A stretch of DNA of 63,431 bases from an uncultured Verrucomicrobia subdivision 3 bacterium (GCA_903911825.1 CAIWFB010000050.1:1-63431); one strand, 5' to 3'. Positions 38,328-48,737 are shown, counted from the first letter of the stretch. The notes: generated by a model not told the origin, from the sequence alone. Made by a program: numbers and translations.

Positions 38328-39428
38328 TTACTTCGGCCAGACGCCGTTTTCAATCGGGCTTAACGTCAGTTTGGTAGGGTCTAGCACGACGTGCTTGATG
38401 CGTTTCCGTTCCCAGGTGTAGGTGATATGCACCAAGCCATCGCTGGTTTGGATGACGGCAGGATACGCAAAACCAGCGGGAGCATCCGGTGCATCTTCGA
38501 GGACTAAAGCAGCGCTCCATTTTTTCCCATCGTCGGAAATCGCCACATTCAACGGACTGCGGCCTTTATTGTTCGAGCCGGTGCGTATGTTGTGATTGTA
38601 TACCAGCAACTGCCGACCATCACGGAGCGTCACGGCGTCCGTGCCAGAGTTTGGATTTGGCAAATCCAACAACGCCATCTCACCCCAAGTATTGCCACCG
38701 TCATGGGATTCAATGGTGAACACCTTGTCGTTTTTGGTGCGGCCAATGGACTGAAGTTTTTCTCCACCGTGAAACAAAATGCTTGGCTGAATCGCTCCGA
38801 TGGTTTTACCGTCATTCACCGATGCTGAAGCCGTCCATGTTTTGCCTCCGTCAGCACTACGTTCAAAATGCACACGCCAACCGCCTTTGCCTTCCGCGCT
38901 GGTCGGCGAAAGAATATCGCCATTGGCTAACTGCACCGGTTTGTTTTTGATTGGGCCCAGAATGCCATCTGGTAAGCGCGTGGGCTGGGCCCAAGTTTTA
39001 CCGGCATCTTCCGAAGTGGTCAGCATGCCCCACCATTCGGCGGGCGAAGGACCAACTTTGTAGAACAACATCAATGGCCCAGACTTTGGTTGGAACAACA
39101 CCGGATTCCACGTCGGCAGGCGATTAGTCGTAAAACCGACGCCATCCGCCACCGCTACAGGTGCGGTCCAATTTCCCTTTTCCTGACGCGAAACATAGAT
39201 GCACACGTCGGGGTTGCGTTCCGCCGTGCCGCCGAACCACGCGGCAATCAGGCCGGATTTCGTTTCGGCGATCGTTGAAGCGTGGCAGGAAGGAAAGGGC
39301 GCTGATTCGTAGATGAATTCGGATTTCACGATAGCTGGGCTGGTCGCTGGCTGCGTGGTGGCGCAGCCAGAAACAATCGCCAACAAAGCGCCGCCGAAAA
39401 ATAAGGCTGATGCACGAGTCGCATTCAT
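38328..39428 (-). CDS. GH33-like sialidase-fold (BNR/Asp-box) lipoprotein; Kdo hydrolase candidate
   Basis: Lipobox VSGC; Asp-boxes SEDAGKTW, SADGGKTW, SHDGGNTW, SDDGKKW; HAST, GPIKNKP, NPNSG, YPAVIQ. Confidence 0.88.
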   Translation of the reverse strand: MNATRASALFFGGALLAIVSGCATTQPATSPAIVKSEFIYESAPFPSCHASTIAETKSGLIAAWFGGTAERNPDVCIYVSRQEKGNWTAPVAVADGVGFTTNRLPTWNPVLFQPKSGPLMLFYKVGPSPAEWWGMLTTSEDAGKTWAQPTRLPDGILGPIKNKPVQLANGDILSPTSAEGKGGWRVHFERSADGGKTWTASASVNDGKTIGAIQPSILFHGGEKLQSIGRTKNDKVFTIESHDGGNTWGEMALLDLPNPNSGTDAVTLRDGRQLLVYNHNIRTGSNNKGRSPLNVAISDDGKKWSAALVLEDAPDAPAGFAYPAVIQTSDGLVHITYTWERKRIKHVVLDPTKLTLSPIENGVWPK

Positions 39429-42400
39429 TGGCTGATGATATGATATTTGCCGCTGCCCAGTTCGATAGAAGCCGCCACGGATTTGCCATTGCAGGTGATT
39501 TGGCCGGATTTGCCAGTTGGGATCGTGACACCTGCGGTGGTATTCGCGGGAATTTCAATCTGCCAGTCGAACTTGTATCCGTCGCGCTGCCATTCACTGG
39601 AAATCTTGCCGTAGGGCGAATTGTGAGTGGCCTTCACGAAGGTCAAATCGCCAACGGGATGCGGCTGCATCTTGATGGTCTTGAAGCCGGGTGAAGCCGG
39701 GGCGATGCCCGCGAGATATTCGTAGAACCACACCACAAGGTCGCCGACGAGCATTACGTGGTTGCCAGAATTCATCGTAGGATCAGCGGTGTTGCCGTTC
39801 CAAAGGTCCCAGATGGTCGTGGCTCCTTGTTCCACCATATAGCCCCAGCTTGGATAGGCTTTTTGTGATGCGATGGTGTAACACAAATCCGCTCGGCCAT
39901 TGTCGGAGAGGACGCGGTTGAGATATTGTCCACCGATCAAGCCAGTGCCGATGTGGCCTTTGGTCACGTTTTCAATGTTGGCGACGAGCGTCGCAAAAAT
40001 CTTGGCCTTCATGTCTTCCGGCACGAGGCCGAAGGCGAGCGGCAACACACAGGAAGTTTGGGTGCCGTTGGAATATTGGCCTTTCTCGCGATTGAGAAAT
40101 TTTGCGTTGAAGGCCGCCTTGAAATCAGCCGCGAGTATTTTCCAGCGGGCCGCATCGTCGGTCTTGCCAAGTTGGGCGGCGTATTTTTCCATCAGGCAGA
40201 GGTCGTAATAAAAATATGACGTGGCGAGCAAGGTTTTGTCCGTTTGCCGAGCCGGGTCTTTGGAGTGGATCAGGCGGGCTTCCTCGGGTGGCACGCACCA
40301 ATCACCGTAGTTGTCTTTGCTGATGATGTTGTCCTTGGCAAAAGTCAGCATGTGATCCATCCACAGCTTCGCGCTGGCGTAACTTTTCGCAATGTTTCCG
40401 CGATCACCAAACTGCCGTTCCAATGCGCTGGGAATGATGATGGCGCTGCTGGGCCAAGTGACGTTGTCGGAATAAATCGGCCAGTAAGCGGGTGCCACAT
40501 CGGGGATGCTGCCGTTGGTGCGTTGGGCATCGGCCATGTCCTGACGCCATTTAGAATACAGCGCAGAGATGTCGAACAAATAAGCCTCGCCTTTGCATTC
40601 TTCAGAACGATCACCTAGCCAGCCCTGCCGCTCATCGCGTTGAGGACAATCTGTGGGAATGCTGCGGTAATTGCCGCGCGTGCCCCAGACGATGTTGGTG
40701 TAGATGCGGTTGATCAATTCATTCGAGCAGGAAAAATTGCCAGCGGATGGCAAATCATCATTCACCACGTGCCCTTCGAGAGAATTCAAGTCCGGCTTGC
40801 CGGGGAATCCCGTGATCTCGACGAAGCGAAAACCATGCGTGACGAAGCGCGGCTCCCAAATTTCTTCGCCGCCGCCTTTGAGCGTGTAAATGTCCGTGAC
40901 CTCGGCACCGCGCAGATTTGCCATGTAAAGCGAGCCGTCCGTTTTCAAAGTCTCGGCATGGCGCAATGTGACCGGCGTTCCGGCAAGACCGGAAACACGC
41001 AGGCGGCACCAGCCGACCATGTTCTGGCCGAGATCGTAAATGAAAACACCCGGTTTAATTTCCGTCACCGAAATCGGCTTGAGCGTTTGAGTGACACGGA
41101 TGGGCGGTTGCATTTCTGCTGACAGCACGCCGCCGGGTGCGGACACGAGCTGCGCCAGCAACCATTTGGAATCGTTAAACTTCGGCCGGCTCCAGCCCGG
41201 AAGCTCCTTGCGTGCGTCATATTCCTCGCCGTCAAAATCGTTGTTGGCGAGAATTGGGCCGTCCGTTGTGAGTTTCCATGATTCATCGCTGACGACTTCC
41301 GAGATTGAACCGTCGGCATATTCAAGCCGCAGGTTCAGTAATAATTTCGGAAAACCAAAACTCACTGTGCCCGCGTAAACCTTGCTGCGGTCGGCGTAGA
41401 AACGCCCGTTGCCAAGAATCACGCCGAGCGCATTCGCGCCACGCTGCAAATCTTTCGTCACGTCGTAAGTGACATAAAATTCGCGCTTGTCGTATTGCGC
41501 GAACGCGGGCGATAACACGGCGTCGCCAGTTTTTTTACCGTTCACATAAAGTTCCGACAGGCCAAGGCCGGAGAACGAGACTGTGGCGCGGGCAATTTTC
41601 TTTTCGATGGTAAACTCTTTGCGCAGATAGCGCGCGGGCTGGCGGCGATCTTCGGGGACGCGGGTTTCGCCCCACGGTTCCATGCCTGCCGGGCCGATGA
41701 TTTTTGCTGCGACCCATTTGGAATCGTCAAATCCGGCGGTGTTCCACCCGTCTTCCGGATTTCTAGAGACTTTCCATTTTTCATCCGTCTGGATGACGAG
41801 CGGCTCACCCTCGGTGAATTCAATCGTCAGCAGGCTGATGACGCCGGCGGGATTTTTATTGGTCGATTCATGCCGTCCAGTCAGGCCGAACAGATACGTT
41901 TTGCCCGGTTCCAGTCGCGTGGTGACATTGTTCCATTTGACCGTCTTGAAACTATTGCGCGCGCCGAGATCGAACTGGTCAATCCAGCCGCGACATTCGT
42001 TGTCGCCGGTGTCTTCGAAAATCGCGCGTTTAATTTTCCGGTTGGCGGGAATGGTCACGACGCGGCGGAAATAATTGGTCTCCGCTGAAACGGAGTCGCC
42101 GGTTTCAGTTTTGGAAGTCCAAATCCACGCTGTGCCAGCCAGAGCGTTGGTCGCGTCCGCGCTATCCTGCCCGATCCACTTCGCGTGCCAGCCAGCCACG
42201 TCGAGAATTCCCATCGTCCACTTCGCCGACTGGCTCCACTTGCCCGGTTTGCCGCTGGCGTCCCACACGCGGACTTGCCAGAAACATTCCGTGCGCGCGG
42301 CAAGCGGTTTGCCCGCGTAGGTAACAAGCACGGATTCATCGGAAATAACTTTTCCACTATCCCACAAGTCGGCTTGGCCAGACTTCAATTTGGCTTGGCT

Positions 42401-42601
42401 GGTGGCGACGAGAATTTGATAGGCCGACTGTTTCGCGCCGCGCGCATCCGTCTGAAGCTGCCAACTTAAACGCGGTTGCGCGGCATCGATTCCTTGCGGA
42501 TTGATCAGATGTTCGCAGCGCAGTTCGCCGACGGAAAAGGCCTTAGCTAAGAGTGGTAGTCCGGTAAGAACAACGAGAGCGAGGAGCAGGGGGCGTAGCA
42601 T
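39425..42601 (-). CDS. Alpha-L-rhamnosidase, GH78, secreted (conserved base Glu appears as Asp)
   Basis: LRCEHLINP, DLGQNMVGW, HGFRFVE, PTDCPQRDERQGWLGD, GATTIWDLWNG, MNSGNH. Confidence 0.92.
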   Translation of the reverse strand: MLRPLLLALVVLTGLPLLAKAFSVGELRCEHLINPQGIDAAQPRLSWQLQTDARGAKQSAYQILVATSQAKLKSGQADLWDSGKVISDESVLVTYAGKPLAARTECFWQVRVWDASGKPGKWSQSAKWTMGILDVAGWHAKWIGQDSADATNALAGTAWIWTSKTETGDSVSAETNYFRRVVTIPANRKIKRAIFEDTGDNECRGWIDQFDLGARNSFKTVKWNNVTTRLEPGKTYLFGLTGRHESTNKNPAGVISLLTIEFTEGEPLVIQTDEKWKVSRNPEDGWNTAGFDDSKWVAAKIIGPAGMEPWGETRVPEDRRQPARYLRKEFTIEKKIARATVSFSGLGLSELYVNGKKTGDAVLSPAFAQYDKREFYVTYDVTKDLQRGANALGVILGNGRFYADRSKVYAGTVSFGFPKLLLNLRLEYADGSISEVVSDESWKLTTDGPILANNDFDGEEYDARKELPGWSRPKFNDSKWLLAQLVSAPGGVLSAEMQPPIRVTQTLKPISVTEIKPGVFIYDLGQNMVGWCRLRVSGLAGTPVTLRHAETLKTDGSLYMANLRGAEVTDIYTLKGGGEEIWEPRFVTHGFRFVEITGFPGKPDLNSLEGHVVNDDLPSAGNFSCSNELINRIYTNIVWGTRGNYRSIPTDCPQRDERQGWLGDRSEECKGEAYLFDISALYSKWRQDMADAQRTNGSIPDVAPAYWPIYSDNVTWPSSAIIIPSALERQFGDRGNIAKSYASAKLWMDHMLTFAKDNIISKDNYGDWCVPPEEARLIHSKDPARQTDKTLLATSYFYYDLCLMEKYAAQLGKTDDAARWKILAADFKAAFNAKFLNREKGQYSNGTQTSCVLPLAFGLVPEDMKAKIFATLVANIENVTKGHIGTGLIGGQYLNRVLSDNGRADLCYTIASQKAYPSWGYMVEQGATTIWDLWNGNTADPTMNSGNHVMLVGDLVVWFYEYLAGIAPASPGFKTIKMQPHPVGDLTFVKATHNSPYGKISSEWQRDGYKFDWQIEIPANTTAGVTIPTGKSGQITCNGKSVAASIELGSGKYHIISQ

Positions 42602-42767
42602 AGCTGGATATAGTTTTGCTGGTTTGAAGAAGAATTCTGCCCTGATGGACGGGAGACGACCAGTAACGATTACGAAATTATTGCCAATTTTTTTGCGATA
42701 TTGAGTGCTGTCGTTAAAGGGGAATCAAAAACGGAAGCGGTCTTCTTCGCCAGATTGGCGGTGAATT

Positions 42768-42844
42768 TGGTGCCAGCGAGTGGAATCGAACCACTGACCT
42801 CGGGCTTATGAGTCCCACGCTCTAACCAACTGAGCTACGCTGGC
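42768..42844 (-). tRNA. tRNA with CAT anticodon (elongator Met most likely; Ile2 not excluded)
   Basis: GCCAGCG TAGCTCAGTTGGTTAGAGC G TGGGA CTCATAA GCCCG AGGTC AGTGG TTCGATT CCACT CGCTGGC A CCA. G1-C72 is paired, so it is not the initiator; A31.G39 mismatch. Confidence 0.95.
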
Positions 42845-43017
42845 AACCGAAAGGTCTATCATTCTGCGAACATTTTGCCGTCTGTCAAACCGGGAATTTG
42901 GCTGATGAATTGATTTAAGCGTGGGGCGATTTTGTCCGATAGCAACTGGCTGCATTGTTTGAAGGCCGTTTTAGTCCTTCAGATCGGGAAATACGAGGGG
43001 CCGAGGTGGTAGAAAGT

Positions 43018-45498
43018 ATGGACCGTTTACTCGAGAAAATTTGGGAATACGTAGTGCAAGACACGGCTTTGACGCTGCAAGTGCGGTTGTTCCGGCTGAT
43101 GTGTTTGGCTACGGCTATGCTTTGTCTGCTGCTGGTATTGCCGGTCAATCTGATGCAAGTCGGCATCCCGATGGTAGTCAATGTGGCGGATATCATTTTG
43201 GGGGTTTTTGCGTTGTATTGTTATGCGCAGTCTTGCCGAGGGCGGCATTTCATCAAGACCTTCTTATTGGTGGTCGTTTTACTTTTAAGCAGTGTCTGGT
43301 TCTTGAATGGCGGAATCACAGGGAGTGTGACCTACTATTTTTTTTCAGTGATCATGCTGCCTTTGACACTCTTGCGTGGTCGGACGCGCTGGTTTTTCAC
43401 CCTATTCATCCTTTTTGATCTTAGCGCTTTGTTTGTCTGTGAATATTTGTATCCAACTTGGGTGCATAAATTTCCGGTGCGGGCGGAGTGGTTCATGGAC
43501 AATCTCACGGGTGTGGTTTGTAGTGTGGCGGCGATTGTGTTGGTGCTCTGGGTGATCATCACAAGCTATGACTGGGAACAAAAAAAATTGTCACACTACG
43601 CCAAGGAGCTTGCGGCGAGTGAGGAGAACTATCGTGGTGTGGTCGAGAACGCCATGAGCATCATTTTGCGGATGGATTGCAGCGGCCGGATTACTTTCTT
43701 CAACCAATTCGCCGAGGATTTATTTGGCTTTCGGCGGGCTGAAATCATCGGTCGCCAAGCGGTGGGCACTATCGTCCCGGCGACTTCTTCTAAGGGCGAA
43801 AATCTCGCCGTTAAACTCGAGGAGTTGTTGCAGGACCCGGAAAAATACGCGCTCACGGAAAATGAGAATATGCGCCGTGACGGTCGCCGCATCTGGGTTA
43901 ATTGGACCAATCAGCCGATTTACGATGAGCAGCATCGGCTCAAAGAAATTCTCTGTGTCGGCGCCGATTATACCGAACGCGTCGCTTTGCTGGAAGAGTT
44001 GCGGCTGACGCAAATCACCATGGATGCGGCGGCGGAACAGATTGTGTGGACGGATAATCAGGGGAAAATTATCTATGCCAATCTCGCAGCGGTGGCCGGA
44101 TTAGGTTTTTCGTTGGCGGAGTTACATGAATTGACGCTCCACGATTTGGCGACTGATTTTCCTGTATCGGCTTGGCCTGATTGCTGGGAATTGTTCAAGC
44201 GGGAAAGAGCAGCCACGTTTGAGCTGACCCAAAAGCGACGGGATCATTCCACGCGTCCGGTTGAGTTATCCGTGACCTATATCAAGGTGGCCGACAAGGA
44301 ATACACCACGGTTTTCATTCGCGATCTGACGGGCCGAAAACAAGCGGAAGAAAAACGGCGGCAACACGAATCGGAGATGCAACATCTGCAGCGGCTCGAA
44401 AGCCTAGGCCTGCTCGCCGGCGGCATCGCCCATGATTTTAATAATTTGCTCACCGCCATTCTCGCCAATGTTTCTTTGCTGAAAATGGATGCGCCGCCCG
44501 GCTCGGAAAGCCTGGAGCTTTTGGGTGAGGCGGAAAAAGCATCGTTGCAAGCACGTGACCTCACGTCGCAATTACTGACCTTCGCCAAAGGCGGCAAGCC
44601 GGTCAAATGCTCCGTGAACCTTGGTCGCATCATCCGCGATAGCACGGGCTTTGCGCTCCGTGGCAAACCCATCAAATGTGCCCTCGAGCTTGCCGCTGAT
44701 TTGTGGCCTGCGGAAGCCGACGCCACCCAGCTCGCTCAAGTATTTAACAATTTAGTTATCAATGCGTGTCAGGCGATGCCCGAGGGCGGACTCATCACCA
44801 TTGCTGCGCGCAATCGCAGCCTCACCCAAGCTGAAGCGGGCATCGTTGCTGCTGGCGATTATCTGGAAGTCACCGTGCGTGATGCGGGCAAAGGTATTGC
44901 CCCCGAAAATCTCTCGAAAATTTTCGACCCTTATTTTACAACCAAGAAAACGGGCACCGGTCTAGGGCTGGCCGTAGTTCACTCCATCATCCATAACCAT
45001 CAAGGAGCCGTCACGGCTGATTCTAAGCTGGGCGCGGGCACGACCTTTACGTTATTGCTGCCGGTTTCGCGCCAGTTACCAGCCCATCCCACGGTGATCG
45101 GGGCGACCAACCAACCCGTTTCTCGTCGTATTCTCGTGATGGACGATGAGCAAATGGTGCGTCGGGTGCTGGAAAAAATCCTCACCAAGCTAGGCTGCGA
45201 AGTGCAATCGGTTGCCGATGGCCAAGCTGCTCTGGAGCTTTATCAGCAAGCCATTCTACAAAAAAAGCCGTTTGATCTGGTCATCATGGATTTAACCGTG
45301 CCCGGCGGCATGGGTGGACAAGAAACTATCCGGCGACTTTTGGAAATAGATGCCCACGTCAAAGCTATCGTCTCCAGCGGTTATGCCGACAGCACAATCA
45401 TGTCCGATCACGCCAGCTTTGGGTTCAAAGGAGTCGTCACGAAGCCTTACACCATCGAACAAATCCAAGCTGCCCTAAAAATTGCCTACGGAGATTGA
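43018..45498 (+). CDS. Membrane-bound hybrid sensor kinase (TM region, 2 PAS, HisKA, HATPase, REC)
   Basis: 5-6 N-terminal TM segments; two PAS-like domains; AHDFNNLL, NLVINA, DAGKG, FDPYFTTK..GTGLGL; VMDDE...IMDL receiver. Confidence 0.93.
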   Translation: MDRLLEKIWEYVVQDTALTLQVRLFRLMCLATAMLCLLLVLPVNLMQVGIPMVVNVADIILGVFALYCYAQSCRGRHFIKTFLLVVVLLLSSVWFLNGGITGSVTYYFFSVIMLPLTLLRGRTRWFFTLFILFDLSALFVCEYLYPTWVHKFPVRAEWFMDNLTGVVCSVAAIVLVLWVIITSYDWEQKKLSHYAKELAASEENYRGVVENAMSIILRMDCSGRITFFNQFAEDLFGFRRAEIIGRQAVGTIVPATSSKGENLAVKLEELLQDPEKYALTENENMRRDGRRIWVNWTNQPIYDEQHRLKEILCVGADYTERVALLEELRLTQITMDAAAEQIVWTDNQGKIIYANLAAVAGLGFSLAELHELTLHDLATDFPVSAWPDCWELFKRERAATFELTQKRRDHSTRPVELSVTYIKVADKEYTTVFIRDLTGRKQAEEKRRQHESEMQHLQRLESLGLLAGGIAHDFNNLLTAILANVSLLKMDAPPGSESLELLGEAEKASLQARDLTSQLLTFAKGGKPVKCSVNLGRIIRDSTGFALRGKPIKCALELAADLWPAEADATQLAQVFNNLVINACQAMPEGGLITIAARNRSLTQAEAGIVAAGDYLEVTVRDAGKGIAPENLSKIFDPYFTTKKTGTGLGLAVVHSIIHNHQGAVTADSKLGAGTTFTLLLPVSRQLPAHPTVIGATNQPVSRRILVMDDEQMVRRVLEKILTKLGCEVQSVADGQAALELYQQAILQKKPFDLVIMDLTVPGGMGGQETIRRLLEIDAHVKAIVSSGYADSTIMSDHASFGFKGVVTKPYTIEQIQAALKIAYGD

Positions 45499-45506
45499 AA
45501 CGAATC

Positions 45507-46874
45507 ATGAAAAAAACTCTCATCGCTTTGGTGTTCTTTGGGGTCTGGTCTTGTCTGGCGAGTTTGCAGGCGGAAAATATCCCCGCGCCATCGGCATTCA
45601 CCCGCTGGGCCACGCAGGATTATCTCCTCGGCGACTGGGATGGCTGGCGGAGCGAACTGTCCCGCTACGGTGCTGATTTCGAGTTTTTCTACATCGGTTC
45701 GGTGCCAAATAATCTTGCGGGCGGACTGCGTTCCGGTTCGATTTATCAAGGGCTTTTGCTGGCCACGCTTGACCTTGATTCAGAAAAATTGCTGGGCTAC
45801 GCCGGTGGAAAATTTCACGCCTCTGGTCTCTGGCTGCATGGGGCTGAAGGTTTCTCCGCGAACTACGCCGGGGATTTGAATCGCGTAAATCTGCTCGATC
45901 TCGACAAAACCTTTCGCCTCGGAGAACTCTGGTATCAACAGAAATTTTTTCAGGACCAGCTTTCGCTGAAGGTGGGCGAACTTGCGATTGATTCGGATTT
46001 TCTCGTGCCGGAATATTTTACCGGGAGCGGCCAATTCAGCCTGCTCAACCAGACGTTCTTCTTTCCGACTTTACCCTATAACGTCTTTGATCCGCCTGGT
46101 TTTCCTAAGACCGGGCACGGCTTGCCCTCGACACCGTTGGCTGCGCCGGGAGCAGTCATGCGCTGGTCACCCACGGAGAAATTGTATTTGCAGGCCGGAA
46201 TCTATAGCGGCACGCCGGATCGGACGGATTCCGGCACGCGTTTCCAAATCAGTCAGCCCGCTGGCGCGTTGAACTATTTAGAATTTGGCTGGCGACGAAA
46301 TCCAGGCACCAATAATTCCGGTCTAGGCGGCACCTACAAATTGGGCGCGTATTATCACACCAGCGATTTTTCGGATGCTTACGATGGCGTTTTTTACGCG
46401 GCTGGTCTGGCCCCGGGCACGCGTCAGCATTCTGGAACTTACGGCGTTTATTTTGTCGCAGAGCAACAACTGTTTCTCGAACACGGCAAGGCCGACCCCG
46501 CGCAGCAAGGGTTGGTGGGATTTTTCCGTGCTCTGGGTGCGCCAGCCTATCGTGGACTCACACAACTGGAAGTGGATGGCGGCTTCGTTTATCGCGGGCT
46601 GATTCCCACGCGTGATTGGGACACGCTGTCGCTGGCCGTTTCGTATTTACAATTCAGCGACGATATCCGCCGCGCCCAGCGGGACATCAACGCTCTGGCT
46701 CCCGGCAGCTTTTCGGTGGTGGATTACGAAGGAGTCATCGAATTGAGCTATAAAATCCAAGCCACCGCGTGGTGGACGATTCAGCCGAGCCTGCAATATG
46801 TTTGTCACCCCAGCGGTTCCTCAGCCACACCTAACGCCACGGCTTTGATTCTGCAAACCACGCTCCGCTTTTAA
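45507..46874 (+). CDS. Carbohydrate-selective porin, OprB family
   Basis: Signal peptide; LLGDWDGWRSEL, RLGELWYQQ, IQPSLQYV.HP, terminal Phe. Confidence 0.88.
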   Translation: MKKTLIALVFFGVWSCLASLQAENIPAPSAFTRWATQDYLLGDWDGWRSELSRYGADFEFFYIGSVPNNLAGGLRSGSIYQGLLLATLDLDSEKLLGYAGGKFHASGLWLHGAEGFSANYAGDLNRVNLLDLDKTFRLGELWYQQKFFQDQLSLKVGELAIDSDFLVPEYFTGSGQFSLLNQTFFFPTLPYNVFDPPGFPKTGHGLPSTPLAAPGAVMRWSPTEKLYLQAGIYSGTPDRTDSGTRFQISQPAGALNYLEFGWRRNPGTNNSGLGGTYKLGAYYHTSDFSDAYDGVFYAAGLAPGTRQHSGTYGVYFVAEQQLFLEHGKADPAQQGLVGFFRALGAPAYRGLTQLEVDGGFVYRGLIPTRDWDTLSLAVSYLQFSDDIRRAQRDINALAPGSFSVVDYEGVIELSYKIQATAWWTIQPSLQYVCHPSGSSATPNATALILQTTLRF

Positions 46875-46951
46875 GTTCCCGAGTAGAATAATGAAACTGG
46901 CGGGCGTCTGTGAATTGTGCTTTTACCTTGCGCCTACGCTGGCGCTGATAA

Positions 46952-47809
46952 ATGCTCCATCAACAAAATTATTTTATGCGTGCTGAAACTCTTGCTCGGT
47001 TGATTGGCGTGGCCATTCTCATTTTCGTTCTCATCATCGTAGCGACCTCGGCTAGCTACGTCGTGGAACCTGGCTTTCGCGGCGTGGAAGTGACGCTCGG
47101 CAAAGTCTCGCCCATCTTCAAAGGCGAAGGCTTTGGTTGGAAAACCCCCTTCATCACACGCATCATTCCCGTCACCATCCGCCAGCAGACGCGTGATTTG
47201 ACCGCCGATTGTTACTCTTCCGACTTGCAACAGGTGAAGACGGAATTGCGCGTGCTCTATCGGGTGCCGGAAGCCTCCATCGTGCAGATCTATCAAGGCT
47301 ACGCCGGCGATCCGTTCGATAGCTTGATCGCTCCCCGCGTGCAGGAAGCTTTGAAAGAAGTCACCGCCATGCAGAGCGCCGAACTCATCGTCAAGAACCG
47401 TGAACTCATCAAAAACAACACCTTGAAAAGCGTGAAGGAAAAGATCGGCAACCTCCTCTTCGTTGAGGATGTCGTGATTCAAAACATCGATCTCTCACAC
47501 GAGCTCGAAACCGCCATCGAAGCGAAAATGGTGCAGGAACAAGAAGCCGCCAAAGCGAAGTTCACGCAGGTCAAAGCGCAGATCGAAGCTGACACCGTCG
47601 TCATCAAGGCCAAGGGCGACGCGGAATCCATCAAGATTCGCGGTGAAGCGCTCAAGCTGACTCCCGCCTTCATTGACCTGCAAATCGTAGAAAAATGGGA
47701 TGGTCGCGCTCCGCTTTATGTCGGTGGCGGTAGCGGTGGCGGCGTGAACATGCTTCTGCCCGCCGTCGATCTGCAAAAATCCCACGTCCCGGTCACGACC
47801 AAGCCATGA
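46952..47809 (+). CDS. SPFH/prohibitin-family membrane protein (start may be 46976)
   Basis: N-terminal TM; VEPGFRGV.VTLG, SSDLQQV, AIEAK, EKWDG. Confidence 0.9.
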   Translation: MLHQQNYFMRAETLARLIGVAILIFVLIIVATSASYVVEPGFRGVEVTLGKVSPIFKGEGFGWKTPFITRIIPVTIRQQTRDLTADCYSSDLQQVKTELRVLYRVPEASIVQIYQGYAGDPFDSLIAPRVQEALKEVTAMQSAELIVKNRELIKNNTLKSVKEKIGNLLFVEDVVIQNIDLSHELETAIEAKMVQEQEAAKAKFTQVKAQIEADTVVIKAKGDAESIKIRGEALKLTPAFIDLQIVEKWDGRAPLYVGGGSGGGVNMLLPAVDLQKSHVPVTTKP

Positions 47810-48000
47810 ACCCGCGTGCGCTAGCAATTTTCAAATTACTGGCGGTGTTTTTTGTCCTCGTCTTGCTGGTTCTCTTATTCCGGCCTGCCATGAGTTTCGT
47901 CGAAATGGCGGCGCGCGAACTGGTGTATTTTTGGTGGCTAGTCTTGTTGTTGCTGCTCGCGGCTTGGCTGATCTGGGGGCTCGGTCGCAAAAAGAAATAG
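47806..48000 (+). CDS. Small two-TM membrane protein (64 aa)
   Basis: ATGA-coupled to the SPFH gene; two hydrophobic helices and a basic tail. Confidence 0.75.
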   Translation: MNPRALAIFKLLAVFFVLVLLVLLFRPAMSFVEMAARELVYFWWLVLLLLLAAWLIWGLGRKKK

Positions 48001-48017
48001 CGGCTACACTATTAGTT

Positions 48018-48737
48018 TTAAGGTCGGAATGCGGCGAGCGAATGGATTTGCTTGAAACTGCGCGCTGGCTGCCAACGATTCGCCACTCGAAAACTTGCCC
48101 GCTCTAATTGCCGCGCAACTTCTGCGGGACAGTGTTCATGGCAGGGCGCAGAAATGATGCGAGAATAACTCTGCCAAAGCAGCCGCCCAAAAACGTCGCC
48201 CCAACCTGAACCGAGAAAGATCTGCCGCGTGGTGAACCACCCGCCGGGCTTCAAAATCTCGTGCCAGCCCGCCGCCAATTGCGGCAATTCTTCCTTACGA
48301 AAAAACTGCAGAAAATTATCCGTCTCGATCCAGTCAAAACTTTCAGCGGCGAACGGTAGCCGCAAGGCATCGCCCATTTGCAGCGTGATTTGGTTCGTTC
48401 CACCAATCCGGCAAGCCCGCAAACGCGCCCGCGATTTTTCCAAAACTTCCTGGCGCACGTCAAATAAAGTGATGCGGGCGGCGGGAGCAATTTCTAAGGC
48501 GAACCGACAGAAAGTTTCCGCCGTATTCACCGAACCCACGCCACAAAGTAAGAAGTGACCCTCGCCCGTGCGGAAAAGGTTCGGCTGCGTTTGGCGCGCG
48601 CGCGCTAACGAATCCGCATAAACCCTCCGCAGATAGTTGCGGTGCGCGTCGGGATTCGTGAGCCACGAATAAAGAAAATACCGGCGGAAACGCTTGGTTT
48701 GCGAATCCGCCGGTTGGGAAAGCTGCGTGGGGCTCAA
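48018..48737 (-). CDS. Class I SAM-dependent methyltransferase-like protein
   Basis: [29 protein letters not shown]; start overlaps the clpP stop. Confidence 0.75.
   Translation of the reverse strand: MSPTQLSQPADSQTKRFRRYFLYSWLTNPDAHRNYLRRVYADSLARARQTQPNLFRTGEGHFLLCGVGSVNTAETFCRFALEIAPAARITLFDVRQEVLEKSRARLRACRIGGTNQITLQMGDALRLPFAAESFDWIETDNFLQFFRKEELPQLAAGWHEILKPGGWFTTRQIFLGSGWGDVFGRLLWQSYSRIISAPCHEHCPAEVARQLERASFRVANRWQPARSFKQIHSLAAFRP

Noticed and set aside
42663-42673. gtaacgattac as a LacI-type operator
   Set aside because: One base short of the usual symmetric spacing, no second copy found, and no LacI gene in the window.
42602-42844. Glycan locus as an island integrated at the tRNA 3' end
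   Set aside because: The orientation fits, but I saw no integrase and no duplicate of the tRNA 3' end in the window, and the composition is mostly host-like.
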